From Octopus vulgaris (lineage: Eukaryota), in the NCBI GenBank assembly GCA_951406725.2, contig OX597816.1, forward strand, positions 64,108,001 to 64,172,000: a stretch of DNA of 64,000 nucleotides, in the 5' to 3' direction. Positions 53,439 to 64,000 of this stretch are shown here, one piece after another. The position numbers and the translations under genes are program-made. Numbering within the stretch: the first letter of the stretch is position 1; the number at the start of each line of letters is the position of its first letter. The notes beneath the pieces are model-generated. The model saw only the letters and a list, made by a program, of their open reading frames with translations. It searched no databases and was not told the DNA's origin.

Positions 53439-53439
<1 letters not shown>
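52627..53439 (+). mobile_element. Non-autonomous Helitron
   Basis: A|TC..tatataaa start, hairpin cccggc-aac-gccggg (53413-53427), CTAG|T end. Confidence 0.8.
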
Positions 53440-53479
<40 letters not shown>

Positions 53480-53490
53480 CATACATATAT

Positions 53491-53594
<104 letters not shown>

Positions 53595-53726
53595 TGTACA
53601 TGCAATTACGTAAGAGGCGTCCATCATGGGACTCCTTGCACGCTAGAGATAACAGTTAAATTCCAAACTACTATTAGTAATAAAATTCCGAAGGGAATAA
53701 AAAATAAAAACATTCACCATCTAACT

Positions 53727-53796
53727 CCTGGACCAATGGTTTCAAACTCTTTTTAGCAAATAAAATAATTAGTTAGGCGAAGTCTTCTTCAGCAGG
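53727..53796 (-). ncRNA. Type I hammerhead ribozyme
   Basis: Minus strand cctg-CTGAAGA-agac...gttt-GAAA-cca(t)tgg-TC-cagg; GUC cleavage triplet. Confidence 0.8.
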
Positions 53797-54196
53797 TACA
53801 CCTTAGATTAAATATATATACACGAGGCAATCCAGTATATGTCCCGTGCATATACATTCTAATTTTTCAAAGCTACCGCGTAGGCGCAGCTCCTTGTCGC
53901 CAATAAATAAAAATGCTGGCTTTTCAATTCGAAAATTACCCAGATAAAAATTATCAATAATTAATAATATCAAGGCTAAACAGAAATATTAGAGATTTCC
54001 ATTTGCAGTGACCTAGCGTGTAAAAATTTAGTCAATAGACTATATATTATACATATAAATATAGTGTACATTTAAACACATAAGAAGCATCCATCATAGC
54101 ACTCCTTGCACGCTAGAGAGAATAGTTAAATTCCAAACCACAATTAGGGATAACATTTCGAAGGGAATAAAAAATAAAAACATTTACCATCTAACT

Positions 54197-54266
54197 CCTG
54201 GACCAATGGTTTCAGACAATTTTTAGCAAATAAAATAATTTGCTAGGCTAAGTCTTCTTCAGCAGG
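54197..54266 (-). ncRNA. Type I hammerhead ribozyme
   Basis: Minus strand cctg-CTGAAGA-agac..tagcaaat(tatttt)atttgcta..gtct-GAAA-cca(t)tgg-TC-cagg. Confidence 0.85.
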
Positions 54267-54667
54267 TATACCTTAGATTGAATATATATACACGAGGCAA
54301 TCCAGTATATGCCCCGCGATTATACATTCTAATCTTTCAAATCTACCGTGCAAGCGGCTATTCGTCCAGGAGTTTGATAGTAAATCCTGAGTGCAGATAT
54401 GTGTATGGTTGCATATATATGTATACATATAGGTGTGTATGAGGGTGTGCATACATGTTTCACGCGAGTGTGAGTGAGCATATGTATAAATGCACATGCA
54501 CGTGGGTGTGCGTGCACGAATGAGTATGTATGTAGATGCGCGCATACGCGAATCCTATGAGCGGTTTCTACTTCCAGGTGTATCCCTTACTTAACGGTCA
54601 TTCTAATAGCCCTTTTGTTTGTCTTAATAACGGTCAACTTCATGCTAATTTCCCTTTGTATAACGAT

Positions 54668-54855
54668 CATTTTAATTCTCGTCGGTAGCTCCTACCGTGC
54701 TTAGGGTTAAACTCAATTTACGTTGTAATCTTCTAAGAAATCCGTTGAATTCATACGCTGATTTAAAAAATAAAGCATAACATTTCACATAAGCTGACGA
54801 GATGAATTTAGTTTAACCCTAGGAGCGGTAAGAGCCGCCGATGACAATTAAGATG
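54668..54855. repeat. Diverged inverted repeat with arms about 53 bp (MITE-like)
   Basis: cattttaattctcgtcggtagctcctaccg..tagggttaaact pairs with agtttaaccctagg..cggtaagagccgccgatgacaattaagatg. Confidence 0.7.
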
Positions 54856-55027
54856 CACTGCATTGAATTTCAAAATCATCTGTTAATCTGGCTATGTCTG
54901 CTAGGGAACTTATATCCACTTGTAAGTCATTGAGATAGTGCTTCTGTAATGGTTGGTCAGTTTTGACGCTTATTTCTAGCAGTACTGACATCACTCAGTA
55001 CCCGGTACCTTCTGTCACGTCAGTGAC

Positions 55028-55093
<66 letters not shown>

Positions 55094-55604
55094 AATATAT
55101 ATATTTTGTAACATATTTCTATTATATATACATATATATATTCAATTATATGTCTTAAGAATACTTTGAGACACAAGGCATATTATACAAACCTGCCTAC
55201 ACGTAGCTCCAAAGCAAGTAACTATTAGCTACCTGCTTCTTTATACTGTGTATATTACATTATACGCACGACCTCCCCTCACACACAGACTCACACATGA
55301 ATATATAATATATTATATAGAGATGTGTGTTAGCGTATTACAAGAGCACGTTTAAGTATTTTTGCGTGCGTGTGCGTTGTATTGTGAAGTAGAACCGTTA
55401 ATTCTACGCTTCCAGCGCCTTTCGGGAATTGCATGAACGTAATATATTTCTATTTCCTGTTCTCTATAAGACGACCGACATATGACTGAATGTTGCGTGT
55501 GCGTTTGGATAGTCTAGGATATCAGAGATTTCTTGAAAATAGAGGGTGGTATTGATAAGATAGATGGCTTTATAATGCAAGTGTGTTTATAGACGAATAT
55601 ATAA

Positions 55605-55651
<47 letters not shown>

Positions 55652-55691
55652 AGTATATATATGCATATGTATACATATATGTATATATATA

Positions 55692-55722
<31 letters not shown>

Positions 55723-55847
55723 ATATATATATATGTATATAAGTATATATATACATAAGCATATTTATATATGTATGCATGTATATATGTAATTATGTTT
55801 ATATACATATGTACGCCTCTCTATATATGTATATACATATGTGTGTT

Positions 55848-55880
<33 letters not shown>

Positions 55881-56582
55881 TTGTGTGTGTATATGTATAT
55901 ATGTGCGTGTTGTATTTGTGTAAGGGAAGTTGTGTATATGTATGTGTATACATAATTATGTATGCATATGTATGCTTGTGTATAGGCGTATGTCTGAACT
56001 TGTTTATGTGCGCGTGGTAGCATACATTCTTGCGTATATTCGAATGGAACGTCGTTGGTAGTTCATACTGCTATGAAAAGATATATAAGCAAAAGAAAAC
56101 TAAATGATGAAAAAATCGATGAGTTATTTGAAGAATAAATCCCAAACGAACGTGTACTTCATCTGTCACTGCAGGTGCTTCCATCATTTCAGGCAAACTA
56201 GACGAAGTTTAAAGAATGTCCACCGAAGAGGCACTGGAAAATCAATAAACACTCGCAGGAAAACACGCACATACATACATATATTCATACGTACATACTA
56301 GATATATATATATATACATAGATACAATTTATACACACAGACACATACATATGCAGTTGTAGAACTATCCATAAATACACTAACAGAAATGTGCTCCTCT
56401 GTGATATTATCTGCTCATTCATCCATATATTATACATACATGTGTTTTACAATATAAAGATATACAGAAGCATAAATATATATGATATATATAAAGTATA
56501 TAAATATATATTTATAATATTTATATATGTATACATGTGTATGTATATCTATATATGTATAAGTGTATACATGTATATATAT

Positions 56583-56655
<73 letters not shown>

Positions 56656-57129
56656 CATATATATATGTATATATATATATATGTGAATGAATGTATGTAT
56701 GTATGTATATGTATATATTTTGCAATATGAAGACACAAAATAAAAAGTAGATATATGATATATGTGACATACATAATTCGTTTATATATACATACATACG
56801 CACATATATATGCACGCTGTTATATAAATACTTAAGATAATATATGTTAGCATGTATAAAGATACATGCTATGAAATTTATTTCAGAAATATGTTACTTT
56901 TATATAAACTGGTTAACGTATATGATTGATATGTGTATAATATAGCATAATAGTTATAAATATGTGTGTATGTTGATAAGCCTACGTTTGTGTATCCATC
57001 TATGTAATTATATATATATATAAATGTTTGACTATATACATACATACACACACTGACACCCGCCCACACGGATATTCATACATATAAAACACACACACGT
57101 GCACGCGCCCACGCACACACTAACACACA

Positions 57130-57241
<112 letters not shown>

Positions 57242-58503
57242 GAATGGCAGTGTGTATGTCTAAAAGTATATATATCTTTGTATTTTATTTATGTAATTCC
57301 AAAACGAAATATTACTCATCTTCTACTTAGTACACTATGCTATCATTCCTCATTGAAAGTTCTATGGAGAGCTTAGTGATTGAAATTATCTAAAGCTTGC
57401 GTAAACGAAATACATTCTAATATACAAATCAACAAATTCTTACTTTGAAAGCACATGTCATAAAACAGATATATTATTTCATCGTTTTTTATCGTGTTTG
57501 CATTAGAATAAAACCATAACGCATGGTTGTCACATTCATCTTTCCTCGGGTTATTGTGGATTTTTACCATATTGAATTTTATGGATTAAAACCTAAATGA
57601 TATGATGCGCATGGGAAAGCTGAATGAATGAAAAATAGTCAGAGGGATGGTTTCTAGCTAATGTACTAAATACATCGTTTACTACTACTACTACTACTAC
57701 GACTTCTATAATGCAATAACACTAAAGTTAGTAAAGTTAATCTCTGTTCTAAGCTTTAAATCTAATTATTGTATTTAGATCTATTTATTATGAACAGTGA
57801 AACCGATTCTATTTTATTTCGTCTCTTGCACTCTATATATAAGTAACTGTCAAAATATGTGTGTCTTAGATATGTTATGTTCGCTTGTATAGTGTAAATT
57901 TTGAAGGAGCTTAATGGCGTATTTATAAACTTTTTTGAAACGTTTGACAATGTTAACAACTGAAATATTTACATGAAAATGTAGAAATAAGAAGCCATCA
58001 CAAGAGTTTCAACATTTGTATAACTTATTTTGTTTATGTAAATAATATTAACATTTCCTTATATAGAAATAAATTAATAATTCTATAATCTTCTAAGACG
58101 AATGAGACGAAATCCGAATAAGCATTCATTTGTCTATAAGTTTAGAGAAACTTCTACGTGTGTGATTCTTAGTCATATATTTATTTCTTTTTTACTAAAT
58201 TAGAACTGCAATTCACTGTTTGTTATCACAATATGTCTGTTAAAAATTTGGTCAAATAATTCATATCTCTAAATTTGTAATTAATCTGTGCTTCTAAACC
58301 CGTTTCACAATTTCCATGAAATTGGTTATTAAGACGTTCATACTCATGAAAATATTTTGAAAGGAGAATATATATTTACTGTGACACTCTCCAAATGTTA
58401 ATCATCTTTGACGACACCTTGAACGGTGTTGAACTAGCATTAACAATAGCAGTACATGACAGCCGCAGTCAAATGACTGATACAATTAAAAGAATAAAAA
58501 AGA

Positions 58504-58546
<43 letters not shown>

Positions 58547-58560
58547 TAGATAGATAGATA

Positions 58561-58973
58561 GGTGTAGGAGTGGCTGTGTGGTAAGTAGCTTGCTTACGAA
58601 CCACATGGTTCCGGGTTCAGTCCCACTGCGTGGCACCTTAGGCAAGTGTCTTCTACTATAGCGTCGGGCCGACCTAAAAGCCTTGTGAGTGGATTTGGTA
58701 GACGGAAACTGAAAGAAGCCCGTCGTATATCTGTATATATATATATGTATGTGTGTGTATATGTTTGTGTATCTATGTTTGTCCTCCCAATATCGCTCGA
58801 CAACCGATGCTGGTGTGTTTACGTGCCCGTAACTTAGGGGTTCGGCAAAACAGACCGATAGAATAAGTACTAGGCTTACAAAGAATAAGTCCTGGGGTCG
58901 ATTTGCTCGACTAAAGGCGGTGCTCCAGCAAGGCCAAAGTCAAATGACTGAAACAAATAAAAGAGTAAAAGAG
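58561..58973 (+). mobile_element. SINE family A
   Basis: Homology to 4077-4480. Confidence 0.9.
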
Positions 58974-58995
58974 TATATATATATATAAATGGCAT

Positions 58996-59053
58996 ATTCA
59001 GCTGACGAACGCAGAGCTTATTGGAAGCAAAGCCAGAAATCCAGGATTTGAAT
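58996..59053 (+). ncRNA. Hammerhead-like motif
   Basis: attca-g-CTGACGA-(weak stem II, gctt/aagc)-GAAA-tcc(a)gga-TT-tgaat. Confidence 0.4.
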
Positions 59054-59280
59054 TATCCAGTAAAATCTTTTATTTTGTTTATTTTGTTTCTCATGGCGCG
59101 ATATGAACATTTAAGGTGGTATTTGAAGTCGGGGTCTTGACTGCTATTTCAGCATGGTGGTATCTCTCAGATACCCTTATTTATAGTTTTAAATAATAAT
59201 TACCTTTGTATGGTATTTATTCCCATGCTGGCCACTTGATAAAATCGATATTTAAATATCGATATTATCCTAATTTATAA

Positions 59281-59349
<69 letters not shown>

Positions 59350-59419
59350 GTCTGCTCAGGACTTAGTGCTTACTTTTTCCATGGGTATGAGTAAGTATTT
59401 CATTTATGTCTTACAGTAT

Positions 59420-59480
59420 TTATCGGTGAGGAGGAGAAAATTCTTATGAATTAACTCTGAAATTGGGACCAATACGGTAA
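59420..59480 (+). ncRNA. Type I hammerhead with C3 changed to G
   Basis: ttatcg-GTGAGGA-ggag..aattc(ttat)gaatt..ctct-GAAA-ttgg(ga)ccaa-TA-cggtaa. Confidence 0.55.
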
Positions 59481-59704
59481 TAACGGAATTTTTAGAAATT
59501 TCTATCGGCTTGTTTCGAGACACATGTTAATAGTGAGGAATTATAATGGTTATTGTCAATTTGTCTATTTTCGGCATATTTTGCATTAGAATGTTTTTCT
59601 TTAGCCCTTATTTTATAAGTTATTTATAAATTTAACCTTTAAAGGTATTTTTTAATATGCTGGCCATTGATAAAATTTCTTTCGAAAAATTTTATCCTAC
59701 ATTA

Positions 59705-59750
<46 letters not shown>

Positions 59751-59773
59751 GATTCTTACAGATATACAGACAG

Positions 59774-59823
<50 letters not shown>

Positions 59824-60413
59824 CGAGAGACAGAGAGTATGTATTTTCACTTAACTTATCATCTCCGGTGTTTAATACCGGTTTCCTTAGAAGCAGCTCA
59901 AAAAGGATAAACATTATTGATGTCATTTATTTAAAGTGTATTTTATTTGCATGCTTATTTCGTCCAGAGAAAGTTCCTTTAAAACGTAGTGTACTAAAAA
60001 TAAAACACTACATCTCAAAAAGCAAACGAATCGACTCGAAATGATGGTAAGCGAGAAATTTCATTTTCTTTCTTTGTGCGTCGCTGCTGCACATCAACAG
60101 CCTGATTTTACGCTATTTGAATACAGAATAATACCTCCCTTTACGAGGACCCGCCTTGTGGGATATCATGTTTACGAGTTTTATTTTACAAGCACAATAT
60201 CCAAATTTTGAATGAAGTGCAAATGTTTCTACTAACATAACAAATGCTTCTGCGAGCGACCAAGAAGTTTATAGACAGCGAAAGAAAAAAACAAAAGCTT
60301 CTTCTAAGCAAACAACTCTAGACTTGTTTTTTTAAAAGAAATCTACAAGTCCGTCTACGTGTGTTTGTGAATCGGTGATCGCATCTACAAATGATGGTGT
60401 ACTGAAGACTAAT

Positions 60414-60759
60414 CTAGCACTATGACCCGGCTAGTGCATGTATATACAGCTGCGTACGTGCGCACAGACACGCGAGTACTGTCCAAATCTCCGACCAATC
60501 ACATACAGCTAGCTGGCATTCAATTGGCATATCAAGTTTTGGGAATTTTGATTGGGTTTTGGATAGAAAATTCACAAAAAAGTCACTTCCATTGATTTTT
60601 TTATGGTTTGCAGGGTGATTGGGGAAATGTAAAGATGTGCACGACCACCCTTAGACGGTTTTAAATGACATAGTAAGTGCGAACCCTCTAACTGAAAAAT
60701 TGTGGATTTGTATAAAGCATACACACACACACACATTTTGTCGTTTATATATATAGAGA
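60414..60759 (-). mobile_element. Non-autonomous Helitron, same family as 27233-27599, hairpin partly deleted
   Basis: Reverse-complement homology over the full length; TC start, CTAG end. Confidence 0.85.
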
Positions 60760-61114
60760 TGATCTTGACATATTTTTTATTTTACATAAAATATTCTTTA
60801 CATCTTACTGTAGTTTTATTGCCATTTATTTACGAGTATTATAAAGTATATAGGTAAAATATTTTGAGAACGAATTACGATTTATAACATTGCTCCCATG
60901 AGAAATTATTGCTCTTCTTTACGAGTTTCCGCTTTACTTGTGGTCCCCAGGAAAAATTTAACTCGTATATCGAGGCATTACAATACCTTAGATAATTCTT
61001 TTCGAGGGGCACTCTATTGCACGGTACTAATGATCGGAAATAACAGCAAAATATCGATATGTACACATTTATTTTTTTATCTCTTCATCTTAAAAGGACT
61101 ATTTTTTTCTTTCA

Positions 61115-61535
61115 TTTCTTTTACTTGTTTCAGTCATTTGACTGCGGCCATGCTGGAACACCACCTTTTCACAGGTTTTTTTTAGTTGAAGAAATCGACC
61201 TTAGGAGTTATTTTTTTTGCAATCTTAGTAGTTATTTTATCTAAGTTGCGAGAACATAAACACAGCAGCGTCAGTTGTCAAGCGATGATGAGACGGACAA
61301 ACACAGACACACACATATATATATAAATAAACACACACACGTGTGCGTATGTGTGTGTGTGCGCGCGTGCGCGTGTGAAGGCCTTCTTTCAGTTTCCGTT
61401 TATCAAATCCACTCACAAGGTTTTGTTCGGCCCGAGGTATTGGTAGTAGATACTTACCCAAGTTGTCACACAGAGGGACTGAACCCGGAACTTAGTGGTT
61501 GAGAAGCAAGCTTCTTACCACACAGCCACGCCTGC
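61115..61535 (-). mobile_element. SINE family A (diverged)
   Basis: Homology to 4077-4480. Confidence 0.8.
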
Positions 61536-61777
61536 GGTCCCAATAATTTTCAAGATAATTAATATGAAACGTTGTTACAAGGCTAAACTTTTGAAATGCA
61601 GATACAGTTCTTCAGGTGTGTTTTCTAAATTACCCGGTTTAGACAATGTCACTCGAAAGGCTTGGTTTTATGTTAATGACTTCATTTGGTTCAAAAGCGT
61701 GACCGTAGGGACACACAGCCACACACATCATCCCGCCCATGCATTCGCCTGGCATTCCGTCTATATATAACATATTC

Positions 61778-62218
61778 GTAGGAGCGGCTATGTGATAAGT
61801 AGCTTGCTAGCGAACCACATGGTTCCGGGTTCAGTCCCACTGCGTGGAACCTTGGGCAAGTGTCTTCTACTATAGTCTCGGGCCGACCAAAGCCTTGTGA
61901 GTGGATTTGGTTGACGGAAACTGAAAGAAGCCTGTCGTATATATATGTATATATATATATACATATGTGTGTGTGTGTGTGTGTGTATGTGTGTGTGTGT
62001 ATGTTTGCGTGTCTGTATTTTTCCCTTCCCCCAACATCGCTCGACAACCGATGCTGGTGTGTTTACGTCCCCGTAACTTAGCGGTTCGGCAAAAGAGAAC
62101 GATAGAATAAGTACTAGGCTTACAAAAGAATAAGTCCTGGGGTCAATTTGGTCGACTAAAGGAGGTGCTCCAGCATGGCCACAGTTAAATGACTTAAAGA
62201 AGGAAAATAATAAAAGAA
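61778..62218 (+). mobile_element. SINE family A
   Basis: Homology to 4077-4480. Confidence 0.88.
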
Positions 62219-63150
62219 TAATATATATATATATATGTGAGTGTGTGTGTGTGTGTGTATGTGTGCATACACGCCTATATAAAAAGATACATAAATACAT
62301 ATATACGTACATCCATACCAATATAGATAGATAGATAGATAGAGAGAAAATGATAGACAAATCGTTTGAATGATAGATTCCTACATACTCACATACATGG
62401 ATACAGAGATACATACATACATGCATGCATACATACAATTGTACGTACACAGTAAAGGCATGAGTCATTCAGTTACAGCTAGTATATTTTTTACACACGC
62501 ATAAAACACGCGTGGTTGAAGAGAACCATAGCCATTATGGGTAATATGAACACCCAACAACAACCAATCTAATTTATAGTGAATATATAGTTCAATACTA
62601 TATCTCTGCCACCCGCATATCTTTCCATAAATATTTCATATGATATCACACATGATATATTTTACTGAGTGATATCAAATGCCAACATTCCGTCGGTTTT
62701 ATGACTCAACACTGCCGCTTTTAATTCTGATTCTATTCAAAATGCACATACAATCATAAGATACTAACCATTGCGCAAAATGGTATCTTTTGATTTTTCG
62801 ATAATATATTAATCATTTACAAGTAGACTTTTAGATCTAAGTCAGCGATAATTACTAATAATTAGTACTGATAATTTTCGACTGACCATCAAGTGACCGG
62901 TTCAGAAATATAACAGAGAAGTTCAGTAATGGGTTCTATATGAGTGGCTTGTGTTCCACCTCTCTATACTGATAATTTGAGATCAGCATCTTCTCCACCT
63001 TTCTCTTTATGAAGTTGACGAGAGCTTCATAAAAATACACAGAGACCTGTCCTTCAGCCTTTCAAGTTTACATCTCTACTCAATAGCTTCCATTAAGAGA
63101 AATATTGAAGTTATGACTAAGAGTATGCATACATATGAGTGTGTGTATGT

Positions 63151-63188
<38 letters not shown>

Positions 63189-63284
63189 TGAGAGAGGAAC
63201 GGGATAGAAAGACAGAGAGCGGGGGAGATAGATAGATAGATAGATAGATACATGCATACATACACATGTTATATATTTACATAC

Positions 63285-63324
<40 letters not shown>

Positions 63325-63456
63325 TCTGTGTGTGTATACATATGTATATATAAATTGAGCCTGGTACAGTCTTCTGGATCACCAGTCCTCAGTCAAACCG
63401 CCCAACGCATGCTAGCAATGAAAGCGGACGTTAAACGTCGATGATGATGAAAATAA

Positions 63457-63487
<31 letters not shown>

Positions 63488-63766
63488 CTTACATACATCT
63501 ATACATAAAGCATACATATATACATACATACGTACGTACATACATTCATACATACATACATACATACATACATACATACATACATACATACATACATACA
63601 TACATACATACATACATGCATACATGCATACATACATACATACATACATGCATATAGATTCAGCCGGTTATTTAAATATCACTTACTATAATCGGACCCA
63701 TCTCTCGAAAACCAACAGTAACTCACTATTAAGATACACACGGGCGATATAATGAACATAGGCGAA

Positions 63767-63930
63767 ACAGGCATGACTGTGTTAAGAAGCTTGCTTCCTA
63801 ATCACATGGTCCCGGGTTCAGTCCCGCTGCGTGGCACCTTCGGCAAATGTCTTCTAATATTGCCTCGGGCTGCGGGGCGACTAAAGCCTTGTGAGTGGAT
63901 TTGGTAAACGGAAACTGGAAGAACACTTTG
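63767..63930 (+). mobile_element. SINE family A, head half
   Basis: gggttcagtcccgctgcgtggcacctt...gccttgtgagtggatttggta. Confidence 0.8.
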
Positions 63931-64000
63931 TATAGATATATATGTATGTATATATATATATATCCCCATTCAGTATATCAGCATTGGGCTTTCGAGCAGC

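Noticed and set aside
53639-53660. Resemblance of gctagagataacagttaaa to the Cas9 sgRNA scaffold; CRISPR-like reading of the direct repeats
   Set aside because: Short coincidental match in eukaryotic repeat DNA; no repeat-spacer array or cas genes.
54700-54825. TTAGGG / TAACCCTA as telomeric repeat
   Set aside because: A single unit within an inverted repeat, not an array.

Overview
AT-rich, microsatellite-dense animal genomic DNA. The repeat families look like those of a cephalopod (Octopus-like); this is inferred from recognised SINE and LINE types. No intact host gene is supported, and most listed ORFs are (TA)n/(CA)n/(AAT)n artefacts. The window is a mosaic of mobile elements: three R4/Dong-type RLE LINE copies associated with (AAT)n, two RTE-clade LINE remnants, a Neptune-type Penelope-like element (PLE) plus a second GIY-YIG fragment, a mariner remnant, four non-autonomous Helitrons, MITE-like inverted repeats and many tRNA-derived SINEs. 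A possible decayed SLC16/MCT pseudogene lies at about 26.5-27.1 kb. The main hidden signal is about 15 hand-folded type I hammerhead ribozyme (HHR) motifs from about 9 sequence families. They occur in a 470-nt tandem retrozyme-like unit, in a tRNA-headed SINE with a minimal HHR in its tail (4 copies), at both ends of a 1.3-kb near-perfect palindrome, and at the 3' end of the PLE; several have variant cores (U3-A8, U4C). Short fold-back palindromes and a shared GCTAGARATAGC-like motif accompany them. Together these suggest a diverse set of PLE-mobilised, microsatellite-associated, ribozyme-bearing non-autonomous elements. All folds were done by eye, boundaries are approximate, and catalytic activity is untested.
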